DNA from: an uncultured Spiribacter sp. | GTDB taxonomy: Bacteria; Pseudomonadota; Gammaproteobacteria; Nitrococcales; Nitrococcaceae | DNA length: 64,000 nt | Reading direction: 5' to 3' | Assembly: GCA_913056145.1 (NCBI GenBank) | Contig: CAJXMI010000001.1 | Coordinates: 813 to 64,812, forward strand | Shown: in pieces, positions 10,218-21,878 of the stretch | How the letters are laid out: each line of letters starts with the position of its first letter | How positions within the stretch are numbered: position 1 is the stretch's first letter | The notes under the pieces: generated by a model | Seen by the model: only the letters and a program-made list of their open reading frames with translations | Told to the model about the DNA's origin: nothing | The model's database searches: none | Program-made: the position numbers and the translations under genes

Positions 10218-12035
10218 TCAACGGGTTGTGCTCAGCCATGCCTGGATGACCTCCCGAGCGATCGGCGCTGCTGTTGTCGAGCCGCTCCCGCCATTTTCGA
10301 CCAGAACGGCAAGCGCGATACGCGGTGACGCCACGGGCGCAAAGGCCGCAAACAGCGCGTGGTCATGAAAGCGCTGGTCAAGCTCGTCCTCGTCATATTC
10401 CTCATCCTGGCCGATGCCGATGACCTGGGCGGTTCCGGTCTTGCCGGCAATCCGGTAGTCGAGGCCCTCACCAATGGCGCGCGCGGTGCCCCGCGGACCG
10501 TGCACAACCTCCACCATGCTCTCGACCGTGATGTCCCAGAGCGCGTTCTCAATGGTGTCCAGCGGTTCGATGGTAGCTGGCGCGGCATCGGCAGTGGCCA
10601 GAAGGTGGGGCCGCACCGGCTGCCCGCGATTGGCGATCATGGCGGTTGACGTAGCCAGCTGAATGGGCGTGGCCAGGGTAAAACCCTGGCCGATACCGGT
10701 GTTGATGGTCTCGCCGGTGTACCACGGCTCGCCCAGGTTCTGGCGCTTCCACTCGCGCGAGGGCATGATGCCCGTGCGCTCGCCGGGCAGGTCCACGCCG
10801 GTGTCACTGCCGTAGCCAAAGCGGGTCATCCACTCGTGCAGGCGATCAATGCCGAATTCATGCGCCAGCTCGTAATAATAGATATCACACGACTGCGCGA
10901 CAGACTGGATGAAATCAACGTGGCCGTGGCCCTCGGGTTTCCAGTCACGCCAGGTGCGCGAGACGTTGGGCAGATTGAAGCGGCCGTTGCAAAAGATGGT
11001 TTCGTCGGGATCGATGAGGCCATCGGCGGCACCGGCCAGAGCCAGAAAGGGTTTGACAATGGACCCGGGCGGGTAGCGCCCACGGATGGCCCGGTTGAAC
11101 AGGGGCTGGGTGGCATCATTGCTTAGTGCCCGAAACGCCTCCCGGTCAAGCCCGCTGGCAAGGGCATTGGGGTCGAAGCCGGGTTGGCTTGCCAGCGCCA
11201 GTATCCCCCCGGTGCGCGGGTCGAGCGCCACGATGGCGCCGCGGTAATCGCCCAGCGCGGCCTCGGCAATGCGCTGGAGTTCGATGTCGAGGGTGAGTTG
11301 CAGGTCCTCTCCCGGGGTAGGCGGCTCGCGGTCGAGGACGCTGAGTGGCCGCCCCAGGGCATTGGTCTCGATACGCTCGACACCAAGCAGGCCCTGCAGA
11401 CGCTCCTCGTAGAATGCCTCGACCCCCGATTTGCCGGTAAAGCTGCTGCTGCGATAGCGCCGGCGATCGCCGCGCCGCAGTTCATCCTGGTTGATCCTTC
11501 CGACATAACCGATGGCGTGGGCGCCCGTCTTGCCATAGGGATAGTGCCGCACCAGATGCGGTTTGACCTCCACGCCGCGAAAGCGATGGCGGTTGACAGT
11601 GAGTTCGGCCACCGCCTCCTCGGATAGCTGCAGGCGAAGGGGGATTTCCTGAAAGCTCCGTGCGCGCTGCCGAGCCTTCATGAAGGCGTCCCGCTCGCCG
11701 TCGGTCAGATCGATCAGCCGGTCCAGCTCATCGAGCAGCACCGCCATGTCGGGGGCCTGTTCGGGGATGATCGTGAGGCTGAAGGCCGGCCGATTCTCGG
11801 CGAGGATGCGGCCGGCACGATCGCGGATCAATCCGCGCGTGGGGTCGATCGGCGCCAGGCGGACCCGGTTGTCATGCGAGCGCGAGGCGAAGTAGTCGTA
11901 CTGCGCGACCTGAAGATAGCCCACGCGAGCCACGATGGCCGTGAACAGCAGCAGCATGATCAGCGCCGCGACGCCCAGGCGGCCACGGACCACGCGGCGC
12001 TCGCTGGTTCGATCACGTAGCAGCTCCAGGCTCAC
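10218..12035 (-). CDS. mrdA: Penicillin-binding protein 2
   Basis: RGLIRDR, YPPGSIVK (SxxK), SCD, GKTGTAQ. Confidence 0.96.
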   Translation of the reverse strand: MSLELLRDRTSERRVVRGRLGVAALIMLLLFTAIVARVGYLQVAQYDYFASRSHDNRVRLAPIDPTRGLIRDRAGRILAENRPAFSLTIIPEQAPDMAVLLDELDRLIDLTDGERDAFMKARQRARSFQEIPLRLQLSEEAVAELTVNRHRFRGVEVKPHLVRHYPYGKTGAHAIGYVGRINQDELRRGDRRRYRSSSFTGKSGVEAFYEERLQGLLGVERIETNALGRPLSVLDREPPTPGEDLQLTLDIELQRIAEAALGDYRGAIVALDPRTGGILALASQPGFDPNALASGLDREAFRALSNDATQPLFNRAIRGRYPPGSIVKPFLALAGAADGLIDPDETIFCNGRFNLPNVSRTWRDWKPEGHGHVDFIQSVAQSCDIYYYELAHEFGIDRLHEWMTRFGYGSDTGVDLPGERTGIMPSREWKRQNLGEPWYTGETINTGIGQGFTLATPIQLATSTAMIANRGQPVRPHLLATADAAPATIEPLDTIENALWDITVESMVEVVHGPRGTARAIGEGLDYRIAGKTGTAQVIGIGQDEEYDEDELDQRFHDHALFAAFAPVASPRIALAVLVENGGSGSTTAAPIAREVIQAWLSTTR

Positions 12036-12036
12036 C

Positions 12037-12525
12037 CTAGTTCACCTGGTAGTGGCGGCGCAGAAAGCGCAGCAGCGGAAACACCAACGGCCAGATAAGC
12101 GTGCCCGTGAAGGCGGGCATCCAATAGCGCCAGTCGACACCGCCAGCGCCCATGAGCTCGCGTATCCACAGCAGTACCAGGCTGACCAGCAACAGGAGGA
12201 GTAGCACCGGAATGGCCTGCTGCCAGATCGGGAAGTTGCGGATCCGGCGGTAGAGCTGGATGGTCAGATACGCGGCAAGCGCAAAGGCAAGCGCATGCGC
12301 GCCGAGGAGGGTGCCAAGCAGTACGTCCTGGAGCAGGCCAACCACCCAGGCCACCCCGACGCCCACCCGCGTGGGCAGTGCGAGGCTCCAGTAGAGCAAT
12401 ACCAGCAGCGTCCACGGGGGGCGAAAGGGCCCGGCTGCATCAGGCAGGGGGATGATCGTCAGAACGAGTGCGGCGGCAATCGTGGCGGTGATGACCCCGC
12501 GGCCCTGGGCCCGGGGGCTGTTCAT
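12037..12525 (-). CDS. mreD: Rod shape-determining protein MreD
   Basis: Hydrophobic 162 aa with LLYW..P.RVG and GLLQDVL.G motifs; mreBCD context. Confidence 0.93.
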   Translation of the reverse strand: MNSPRAQGRGVITATIAAALVLTIIPLPDAAGPFRPPWTLLVLLYWSLALPTRVGVGVAWVVGLLQDVLLGTLLGAHALAFALAAYLTIQLYRRIRNFPIWQQAIPVLLLLLLVSLVLLWIRELMGAGGVDWRYWMPAFTGTLIWPLVFPLLRFLRRHYQVN

Positions 12526-13409
12526 TCGGTTGCCTCCGCGGCGTTGTCCGCCGACGCTGCGGACTCGCCCTCAGCAGCGCCAGGGCCGCCCGCAGAGTCC
12601 TCGATGAGCAGGACCTCCTGGATGCGGCCCAGCGCGCCCAGGGGCTCTACCTCGATCCGTGAGAAGGGGCGCCCCGGGTCGACAACAACGGAGTGCACCT
12701 CGCCGACAGGATAGCCGGACGGAAAGCGCCCGCCCAGGCCCGAGGTCACGAGGAGATCGCCGGGGCGGATGTCGGCGTTGTTGGGCAGGCTTGCGATGGT
12801 CAGCGCATCAATGCGACCGGTGCCGAATGCGACGCTGCGCAGCCCCGTTCGATTGACCTGGACCGGGAGGCCATGGCTTGGGTCGCTGATCAGGCGCACC
12901 GTGGCGGTCAGCGGGCTCACGCGGTCGACCTGGCCAACAACGCCGCTGCCGTCAATGACGGGCTGGCCCCGGTGTACGCCCGCCTGCGAGCCCTTGTCGA
13001 TCTGGATCAGATGGCTGAACGGATCAAGGTCAACCTGCACCAGGTCGGCGATGAGCACCGGACGCCCCAGGTCGTAGGAGGAGTCGAGGAGAGTGCGCAG
13101 GCGGATGTTTTCGACTTCGAGGGCATCAAGCCGCTGCAGGCGTGCCTCGTAGATGGCCTGACGGTCGCGCAACCGGCGGTTTTCATTGACCAGTTCGCGG
13201 CGGCTGGCAAGCTGGCGATCGGCCGAGTCGACAAGCTCTGTTGGCAGCGAGGCCGCCAGCCGGAGCGGGTGGACGGCGGTGGAGAGGGCGGCCCGTACCG
13301 GTTCAAGCAACCCGGCGCGGTGATCGGCGGTCATGAGCGCCACGGACAGGAGCACCAGCAGCACCAGGCGCGCTGTAATGGAGGGGCCCTGTAGAAATAG
13401 CGGCTTGAT
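12522..13409 (-). CDS. mreC: Rod shape-determining protein MreC (probable ATC start)
   Basis: EN.RLR.LL, IDKGS..GV, LVTSGLGGRFP.GYPV; frame extends upstream of the track ORF to ATC-AAG-CCG-CTA-TTT (IKPLFLQGPS) with GGGAGG upstream. Confidence 0.93.
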   Translation of the reverse strand: MKPLFLQGPSITARLVLLVLLSVALMTADHRAGLLEPVRAALSTAVHPLRLAASLPTELVDSADRQLASRRELVNENRRLRDRQAIYEARLQRLDALEVENIRLRTLLDSSYDLGRPVLIADLVQVDLDPFSHLIQIDKGSQAGVHRGQPVIDGSGVVGQVDRVSPLTATVRLISDPSHGLPVQVNRTGLRSVAFGTGRIDALTIASLPNNADIRPGDLLVTSGLGGRFPSGYPVGEVHSVVVDPGRPFSRIEVEPLGALGRIQEVLLIEDSAGGPGAAEGESAASADNAAEATE

Positions 13410-13459
13410 AGCGTGGAGTCCTCCCGCGTGTGGCTGTTATCCGCAAGGCTAGCCGGGGA

Positions 13460-14617
<1,158 letters not shown>

Positions 14618-14623
14618 TCAGCC

Positions 14624-14911
14624 ATGTCCATCGATGCCCGTGAGGTGGGTCAGATTGCCCATCTTGCCCGCCTTGCCATCAATGCTGCCGACAGCGAGGT
14701 GCATGCCCGAAATCTCAGCGACATTCTGGCGTTTGTCGAGCGCCTGTCGGGCATCGATACGGCGGGCATCGGGCCGCTGGCGCATCCGTTGGACATGACC
14801 CAGCGCCTGCGCCCCGACGAGGTGAGCGAGGGCGACCTGCGCGAGCGCTTCCAGGCGCTCGCACCGGCCACGGCCGAGGGCCACTACCTGGTGCCGCGCG
14901 TCATCGAATAA
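14624..14911 (+). CDS. gatC: Asp/Glu-tRNA amidotransferase subunit C
   Basis: IAHLARL, PLAHP, YLVPRVIE. Confidence 0.95.
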   Translation: MSIDAREVGQIAHLARLAINAADSEVHARNLSDILAFVERLSGIDTAGIGPLAHPLDMTQRLRPDEVSEGDLRERFQALAPATAEGHYLVPRVIE

Positions 14912-14949
14912 CCCGGACCGCTCCGGACTCCACCCAGGATTGACACACC

Positions 14950-16407
14950 ATGCATGACCGGACCATTGCCGAATTGGCGGCAGGCCTGTCGCGGGGCGAC
15001 TTCTCGAGCGTCGAGCTGACGCGCTCGGTGCTTGCTGCCATCGACCAGGCGGGCGACCTGAACGCCTTCATAACCGTTACGCCCGAGCAGGCCCTTGTCG
15101 AGGCCGAGGCCGCCGATGCCCGTCGCGCGCGCGGTGACGCGGGCCCGCTGACGGGGGTGCCGATCGCGCACAAGGATATCTTCTGCACCGAGGGCGTGCG
15201 CACGAGTTGCGGCAGCCACATGCTGGATACGTTCGTGCCGCCCTACGATGCCTTCGTGGTCGAGCGTCTCCGCGCCGCCGGTGCGGTGATGGTGGGCAAG
15301 ACCAACATGGACGAGTTTGCGATGGGCTCGTCCAACGAGACCAGCTGGTACGGGCCGGTGCGCAACCCCTGGGACAGCACCGCGGTGCCGGGTGGCTCAT
15401 CCGGCGGTTCGGCCGCCGCGGTGGCTGCCCGCCTGGTGCCCGGTGCCACGGGCACTGACACCGGCGGCTCCATCCGCCAGCCCGCGGCGCTGACCGGCAT
15501 CTGCGGCCTCAAGCCCACCTACGGCCGGGTATCGCGCTACGGCATGGTGGCGTTTGCCTCAAGCCTGGATCAGGCCGGGCCCATGGCCACTGACGCCCGC
15601 GACCTTGCCCTGATGCTCTCGGCCATGGCCGGTTTTGACCCGCGCGACTCCACCTGTGTGGAGCGGGGGGTGCCCGACTACGCCGCCGCCCTCGGGCAGC
15701 AGGATCTCGCCGGGTTGCGGATTGGCCTGCCGCGCGAGTATTTCTCGGCCGAGGGGGTCGATCCGGGGGTCACACGGGCCATTGAGGAGGCGGTGGAGGT
15801 CTTTCGCGCCGCGGGTGCCGAGATTCGCGACATCTCGCTGCCCAACACCGAGCTGGCGGTGCCCGTCTATTACGTGATCGCGCCCGCCGAGGCCTCCTCC
15901 AACCTGTCGCGCTTTGACGGCGTGCGCTACGGGCACCGCTGCAGCGACCCCGTCGATCTCGAGGATCTCTACAAGCGCAGCCGCGGCGAGGGATTTGGCG
16001 AAGAGGTCAAGCGCCGCATCATGGTGGGCACCTATGCCCTGTCGGCCGGTTATTACGACGCCTACTACCTCAAGGCGCAGCGGGTGCGGCGGATGATTCG
16101 CGACGACTTTGCGCGGGCGCTCGAAGAGGTGGACGTGATCGCCGCCCCCACGGCGCCATCGACCGCCTTTGCCCTGGGTTCCAAGGCCGATGACCCGGTC
16201 CAGATGTATCTATCCGACATCTTCACGATCGCGGTCAATCTTGCGGGCCTGCCGGCCCTGTCACTGCCTGCCGGCTTTAGCGGCGGCCGCCCGGTGGGGC
16301 TCCAGCTTATCGGTCACTACTTTGACGAGGCGCGCCTGCTGGGCGCCGCTCACGGCTATCAGCAGCACACCGACTGGCACAGCCGGCGGCCGGGTGCGGA
16401 GGGATAA
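14950..16407 (+). CDS. gatA: Asp/Glu-tRNA amidotransferase subunit A
   Basis: Amidase signature [19 protein letters not shown]. Confidence 0.97.
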   Translation: MHDRTIAELAAGLSRGDFSSVELTRSVLAAIDQAGDLNAFITVTPEQALVEAEAADARRARGDAGPLTGVPIAHKDIFCTEGVRTSCGSHMLDTFVPPYDAFVVERLRAAGAVMVGKTNMDEFAMGSSNETSWYGPVRNPWDSTAVPGGSSGGSAAAVAARLVPGATGTDTGGSIRQPAALTGICGLKPTYGRVSRYGMVAFASSLDQAGPMATDARDLALMLSAMAGFDPRDSTCVERGVPDYAAALGQQDLAGLRIGLPREYFSAEGVDPGVTRAIEEAVEVFRAAGAEIRDISLPNTELAVPVYYVIAPAEASSNLSRFDGVRYGHRCSDPVDLEDLYKRSRGEGFGEEVKRRIMVGTYALSAGYYDAYYLKAQRVRRMIRDDFARALEEVDVIAAPTAPSTAFALGSKADDPVQMYLSDIFTIAVNLAGLPALSLPAGFSGGRPVGLQLIGHYFDEARLLGAAHGYQQHTDWHSRRPGAEG

Positions 16408-16413
16408 CGACGC

Positions 16414-17847
16414 ATGCAGTGGGAAGCAGTCATCGGGCTCGAGCTGCATGCGCAGCTTGCCACCCGCACCAAGATTTTCTCCGGGGCATCGACCGCCTAC
16501 GGGGCCGATGCCAATACGCAGGCCTGCGCCATCGACCTGGGCATGCCCGGGGTGCTGCCGGTGCTCAACGAGCGTGCCGTGCGCTTTGCCATTCGCCTGG
16601 GGCTTGCCCTCGATGCCGAGGTGGCCGGGCGTTCGGTGTTTGCGCGCAAGAACTACTTCTACCCCGACCTTCCCAAGGGATATCAAATCTCGCAGTACGA
16701 AATCCCGGTGGTGGGCACGGGACATCTTGATATCGACCTCGATGATGGCACCAGCAAGCGCATCGGCGTGACCCGTGCGCATCTCGAAGAGGACGCCGGC
16801 AAGAGCCTGCACGAGGGCTTTGGTGCCATGAGCGGCATCGATCTGAACCGGGCCGGGACACCGCTGCTCGAGATCGTCTCGGAGCCCGACCTGCGTTCGG
16901 CAAAAGAGGCCGTCGCCTACATGAAGAAGATGCACTCGCTGGTGCGCTATTTGCGGATCTGCGACGGCAATATGCAGGAAGGCAGCTTCCGCTGTGATGC
17001 CAACGTCTCGGTGCGGCCGCTGGGCCAGGACGAGTTCGGCACCCGCACCGAGATCAAGAACCTCAATTCATTCCGTTTTGTCGAGCGCGCCATCAACTAT
17101 GAAATCGAGCGTCAGATCGAGCTGATTCAGGATGGCGGCAGCGTTACCCAGGAAACCCGCCTGTACGACCCCGATCGCGGTGAAACCCGCGCCATGCGCG
17201 GCAAGGAAGAGGCCAACGATTACCGCTATTTCCCCGATCCGGATCTGCTGCCCCTTGAAATCACGGCGGACCTCATCAACGAGGTCCGCGCCGAGTTGCC
17301 CGAACTTCCCGATGTTCGGCGTGCGCGTTTCGTGGCCGACTACGGGCTGCCCAACTACGACGCCGGTGTACTGACCGCGAGCCGCGAGCTGGCCGACTTC
17401 TTTGAGGCCGTGGCCGCCGGTTGCGACGATGCCAAACTGGCCGCCAACTGGGTCATGGGGGATTTTGCCGGGGCGCTCAACCGCGACAGCCTGGATCTGG
17501 CCACCAGCCCGGTGGATGCCGAGGCGCTTTCGGGGCTGCTGCGCCGCATCCTCGATGACACCATCTCGGGCAAGATTGCCAAGGAGGTCTTCGAGGCCAT
17601 GTGGCAGGGCGAGGGCGATGCCGACACCATCATCAGCGACCGCGGCCTCACCCAGGTTACCGACGCCAGTGAGATCGAGGCGCTGGTGGACGCGGCCATT
17701 GCCGGCAACCCGCAGCAGCTTGAGCAGTACCGGGCGGGCAAGACCAAACTGATGGGCTTTTTTGTCGGCCAGGTCATGAAAGCCTCCGGCGGCAAGGCCA
17801 ACCCCCAGCAGGTCAACGAGATTCTGCGCCGCCGGCTCGACGGCTGA
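16414..17847 (+). CDS. gatB: Asp/Glu-tRNA amidotransferase subunit B
   Basis: [34 protein letters not shown]. Confidence 0.97.
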   Translation: MQWEAVIGLELHAQLATRTKIFSGASTAYGADANTQACAIDLGMPGVLPVLNERAVRFAIRLGLALDAEVAGRSVFARKNYFYPDLPKGYQISQYEIPVVGTGHLDIDLDDGTSKRIGVTRAHLEEDAGKSLHEGFGAMSGIDLNRAGTPLLEIVSEPDLRSAKEAVAYMKKMHSLVRYLRICDGNMQEGSFRCDANVSVRPLGQDEFGTRTEIKNLNSFRFVERAINYEIERQIELIQDGGSVTQETRLYDPDRGETRAMRGKEEANDYRYFPDPDLLPLEITADLINEVRAELPELPDVRRARFVADYGLPNYDAGVLTASRELADFFEAVAAGCDDAKLAANWVMGDFAGALNRDSLDLATSPVDAEALSGLLRRILDDTISGKIAKEVFEAMWQGEGDADTIISDRGLTQVTDASEIEALVDAAIAGNPQQLEQYRAGKTKLMGFFVGQVMKASGGKANPQQVNEILRRRLDG

Positions 17848-17852
17848 ATGGC

Positions 17853-18731
17853 ATGAGCGATCGTTTGCACCGCTTTTTGTTTGAGCATGCCGACGTGCGC
17901 GGCGAGGTGGTTCAGCTCGACGGCGCCTTCACCGAAGTCGTGAGTCGGACACGGCACGAGCCCGCGGTCCAGCGCCTCATTGGCGAGGGGCTGGCGGCGG
18001 TGGCGCTCCTGTCGGCGACGCTCAAGTACCCGGGCTCACTGACACTCCAGCTCCAGTCGGACGGGCCCCTGGGCCTGCTGCTCGTGCAGGGGGGGACCGG
18101 CGGCGGGCTTCGCGCAATGGCGCGGGTGCGCGGCCCATTGCCCGACAGCAACGATCTGGCGGAACAGGCGCGGGGTGGCACGCTCGCGATCACGATTCAG
18201 CCTGAGGCCGACGGCGAGCAGTATCAGGGTGTGGTCGACCTGAGCGGCGGCAGCCTCGCCGCGGCGCTTGAGCATTATTTTCGCGAGTCCGAACAGTTGC
18301 CGACGCGGGTGTGGCTGTCAGCCGAGGAATCCCGGGCCGCGGGAATGCTCATCCAGCGCCTGCCGGGTCAGCAGGACGAGGCCGATGCAGACGCCTGGGC
18401 GCGGGCGGGGTATCTCGCGGCCACGGTGACTGGCAGCGAACTGCGTGAGCTGGCGCCGGGCGAGCTGATCCGCCGACTGTTTCACGAAGAGGACATCCGG
18501 CTGTTCGACCCCATGCCGTTCCGCTTCCAATGTCGCTGCTCCCGTGACCGGGTGACCGCGATGCTGCAGGGGCTGGGCGAGGCGGAAATGCGCGAGACCT
18601 TGGCGGAACAAGGCGAAGTGGAGGTGCACTGCGATTTCTGCAACGAGCCCTATCGCTTTGATGCCGTGGATATTGAAGCCCTGTTTGCCGATCCGGCCAC
18701 CCGCGGCCCCGACAGCACTTCAGCCCACTAG
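17853..18731 (+). CDS. hslO: Redox-regulated chaperone Hsp33
   Basis: YQGVV, YF.ESEQLPT, CxC...CxxC zinc centre (CRC, CDFC). Confidence 0.95.
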   Translation: MSDRLHRFLFEHADVRGEVVQLDGAFTEVVSRTRHEPAVQRLIGEGLAAVALLSATLKYPGSLTLQLQSDGPLGLLLVQGGTGGGLRAMARVRGPLPDSNDLAEQARGGTLAITIQPEADGEQYQGVVDLSGGSLAAALEHYFRESEQLPTRVWLSAEESRAAGMLIQRLPGQQDEADADAWARAGYLAATVTGSELRELAPGELIRRLFHEEDIRLFDPMPFRFQCRCSRDRVTAMLQGLGEAEMRETLAEQGEVEVHCDFCNEPYRFDAVDIEALFADPATRGPDSTSAH

Positions 18732-18733
18732 GC

Positions 18734-19483
18734 TCAGGAGGCGAGGGCGCCGCAGACCGGGCAGTCGGGATCGCGCCGCAGGGTGAGCCGGCGCCAGTTC
18801 TGCCCCAGCGCGTCCATGACCAACAGGCGGCCATTCAGCGGCTGGCCGAGTCCGGTCAGCACCTTCACCGCCTCCACGGCCTGCAGACTCCCGATCACCC
18901 CCGGTAGCGGGCCCAGAACGCCCGTCTCGGCACAGCTCTGGGCCTCCTCCCCGGTGTCTGCATACACGCAGCGGTAGCAAGGCCCGTCGAGGTCGGGTCG
19001 AAACACGGCCAGCTGGCCGTCCATACCGATGACCGCTCCCGATACCAGTGGCCGCCTGGCGGCCACACAGGCCGCATTCACGGCGAAGCGCGTGGCAAAG
19101 TTGTCGCAGCCATCGATCACAATATCCACCTGCTTGACCAGTTCTCCCAGTCGCGCGGGGCCAAGGCGGGTATCGATGCAGTCCACCGTGATGTCGGGGT
19201 TGAGCGCGGCAATGCGGTCGCGTGCCGAGGTGGTCTTGGGTCGGCCAAGGTCGGCCGTCCCGTGCAGGATCTGGCGCTGCAGGTTGGTAAGCTCGACGCT
19301 GTCAAAGTCGGCCAGCAGCAAATGGCCCACACCGGCGGCCGCCAGATAGAGCGCGGCGGGCGAGCCGAGCCCACCGAGGCCCACGATCAGCGCCCGACTT
19401 GCCAGCAGCTTTTCCTGGCCCTCGAGGTCGAGGCCTGGAACCATGATCTGGCGGCTGTAGCGGATCAGTTGTTCGTCATTCAT
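18734..19483 (-). CDS. moeB: MoeB/ThiF family adenylyltransferase
   Basis: RYSRQI, GLGGLG, NLQRQ, CYRC and CPVC. Confidence 0.9.
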   Translation of the reverse strand: MNDEQLIRYSRQIMVPGLDLEGQEKLLASRALIVGLGGLGSPAALYLAAAGVGHLLLADFDSVELTNLQRQILHGTADLGRPKTTSARDRIAALNPDITVDCIDTRLGPARLGELVKQVDIVIDGCDNFATRFAVNAACVAARRPLVSGAVIGMDGQLAVFRPDLDGPCYRCVYADTGEEAQSCAETGVLGPLPGVIGSLQAVEAVKVLTGLGQPLNGRLLVMDALGQNWRRLTLRRDPDCPVCGALAS

Positions 19484-20325
19484 GCGCCGGCCTCGTGGTA
19501 GCCGCCGCTCACCCGCTCATGGCCGGCCAGGTCATGGCGGGTGGTAACGCCTTTGAAACCCGCCGCGCGCAGGGCCTCGCGCACGGACCCACCCTGCTGC
19601 CAGCCATGTTCGAGCCAGAGCCGTCCGCCCGCTGTCAGATGGGCGGGGGCGCTGTGGATGATGTGGTTGAGGGCCTCGAGGCCCGTGGGCCCGGACACCA
19701 GGGCGGCGCGCGGCTCAAAGCGCAGATCGCCGCTGTGCGGCTCGGGCTCGTTTGCCCCGATGTAGGGCGGATTGCTCACGATCAGATCGTAGCGCCGGCC
19801 CGCGACCGGCGTTAGCCAGTGGCCCTCCAGGAACTGAATATGGCTGGCATTGAGGGCTGTGGCGTTGGCGCGCGCGCAGGCCAGCGCAGCCGGGCTGGCG
19901 TCCACCGCATCGATCCGGGCCCTCGGCCAGGCCCGGGCCAGGGCAATGGCGATACAGCCGCTGCCACACCCCAGGTCGAGCACGTGCGAGGCCGGCGCCT
20001 CGAGCGCGGCCTCGACCAACTGTTCGGTGTCGGGCCGTGGAATGAGAACGGCCGGATCCAGGCGCAGATCAAAATCCATGAACCCACGTGTGCCGGTCAG
20101 ATAGGCAACCGGCTCGCCGTTCAGGCGGCGCCGAAGGAGTGCCTCGAAGCGCTCTCGCGCCGGCGCCTCGAGTATGGCCTCGGGCCGGGCCCGAAACGCA
20201 GTGCGAGTGAGCCCGGTGGCAGCGCTTAGCAGGTGGTCGGTATCGGCCGCGGGCGTGGGGCTGATGCCACCGAGCTGCGCCATTGCATGGCGCCGCGCCG
20301 CCCCCAGGCTGAGGGCAGCGTTCAC
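19480..20325 (-). CDS. prmC: Release factor glutamine N5-methyltransferase
   Basis: GEPVAYL.G, LIPRPDTE, LDLGCGSG, NPPY, EHG. Confidence 0.95.
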   Translation of the reverse strand: MNAALSLGAARRHAMAQLGGISPTPAADTDHLLSAATGLTRTAFRARPEAILEAPARERFEALLRRRLNGEPVAYLTGTRGFMDFDLRLDPAVLIPRPDTEQLVEAALEAPASHVLDLGCGSGCIAIALARAWPRARIDAVDASPAALACARANATALNASHIQFLEGHWLTPVAGRRYDLIVSNPPYIGANEPEPHSGDLRFEPRAALVSGPTGLEALNHIIHSAPAHLTAGGRLWLEHGWQQGGSVREALRAAGFKGVTTRHDLAGHERVSGGYHEAGA

Positions 20326-20588
20326 TTGAGGCCGGCAGCCCGCAGGTTGATGGCGCGATCCTCGAGCATGACCGGGATACCGTCATCAACGCGGTAGACA
20401 CGCTCTTCGTTGGCCGTGATTAGGCCTTCCTCCAGCGGAGTGTCGACCTGCGTGTCGTCCTGGTAGTGCACATCGCCTGCCGAGATCCGGTCGTTGAGGC
20501 TGTGCAGCTCGCTCCGCTGCATGGCGCGGACCGGCTGTTTGGTGACTGGACAGCAGAGAACGTCGAGCAGCTTGCGATCGATGGCCAT
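20322..20588 (-). CDS. Trm112-family protein (88 aa, extended form)
   Basis: LLDVLCCPVTK N-terminus and YRVDDGIPVML C-terminus; GTGA overlap with prmC. Confidence 0.85.
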   Translation of the reverse strand: MAIDRKLLDVLCCPVTKQPVRAMQRSELHSLNDRISAGDVHYQDDTQVDTPLEEGLITANEERVYRVDDGIPVMLEDRAINLRAAGLK

Positions 20589-20727
20589 GGTGATTTCGCT
20601 CCTGTCACGATGGGCATAAAGGATAGCAGAGAGCGGCGCGCGCACGCCGGTTTCATGGCCATTTTACGACGGACTCGCTACCATTGGCCTGATAGCCAGT
20701 CCAGGAACGAAAGGCGGGGAACCAGCC

Positions 20728-21801
20728 ATGACCGACCAGCCCATCGACAACCTCAACGTGGTGGCTCAGGAGCCACTGCCGCCCCCGGCCGAGCTGAAGG
20801 GGCGCCTGCCGCTCAGTGATGCGGCGCGGGCAACCGTTGAGAACGGCCGCCAGGTGGTGCAGGACATTCTGGACGGGCGCGACCCGCGCATGCTGGTCGT
20901 GGTCGGGCCGTGTTCGGTTCACGATGTCGAGGCGGCGCGTGACTACGCGGCGCGGCTCAAGGCACTGCACGATGAGCTGTCCGATCAGCTGTTCATCGTC
21001 ATGCGCGTGTATTTCGAGAAGCCGCGGACCACTGTCGGCTGGAAGGGGCTTATCAACGACCCCTACATGGATGACAGCTTTGATATCGAGGAGGGGCTTA
21101 CCCGGGCCCGCGCGCTGCTGCTGCATCTTGCCGATATCGGTCTGCCGGCCGGGACCGAGGCGCTCGACCCCATCACGCCGCAGTACCTGGGTGATCTGAT
21201 CAGCTGGACCGCGATCGGCGCCCGGACCACCGAGTCGCAGACCCATCGCGAGATGGCAAGCGGCCTGTCCACGGCGGTCGGGTTCAAGAATGGTACCGAT
21301 GGCAGCCTCGACGTTGCCATCAATGCGATGCGCTCGGCGGCGAATCCGCACAGCTTCCTCGGGATCACCCAGCAGGACGGGCGCTCCGCGATCATCCGCA
21401 CCGCCGGCAACCGCTACGGGCATGTCGTGCTGCGTGGCGGCTCGCAGCCCAATTACGACTCGGTCAGCATCGCCCTGTGCGAAAAGGCGCTGGCCGACGC
21501 CGGGCTATCGACGCGTCTCATGGTTGACTGCAGCCACGCCAACTCCAGCAAAGACCCGGGGTTGCAGCCGCTGGTCATGGAAAACCTGGTCAATCAGGTG
21601 ATCGAGGGCAATCGCTCCATCGTTGCAGTCATGATCGAGAGCAATATCGGCTTCGGCGCCCAGAAGCTCACCGGTGATCCGGCGGAGCTTGCCTACGGGG
21701 TGTCGATCACGGATGGCTGCATCGACTGGGAGACCACCGAGACCATGCTGCGGGACGTGGCCGCGAGGCTGGCGGCACCGCTGCTCGCACGGGTTGGCTG
21801 A
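20728..21801 (+). CDS. DAHP synthase (class I, AroF/G/H type)
   Basis: GPCSVHD, RVYFEKPRTTVGWKG, IGARTTESQ, DCSHANS. Confidence 0.95.
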   Translation: MTDQPIDNLNVVAQEPLPPPAELKGRLPLSDAARATVENGRQVVQDILDGRDPRMLVVVGPCSVHDVEAARDYAARLKALHDELSDQLFIVMRVYFEKPRTTVGWKGLINDPYMDDSFDIEEGLTRARALLLHLADIGLPAGTEALDPITPQYLGDLISWTAIGARTTESQTHREMASGLSTAVGFKNGTDGSLDVAINAMRSAANPHSFLGITQQDGRSAIIRTAGNRYGHVVLRGGSQPNYDSVSIALCEKALADAGLSTRLMVDCSHANSSKDPGLQPLVMENLVNQVIEGNRSIVAVMIESNIGFGAQKLTGDPAELAYGVSITDGCIDWETTETMLRDVAARLAAPLLARVG

Positions 21802-21878
21802 CAGCCCCGCCAAACTTCGGGGTTGACCGGACTGGCGTGGAAGAGTTGAATCAGCCCTCGACCTGATGGAGGTACACG

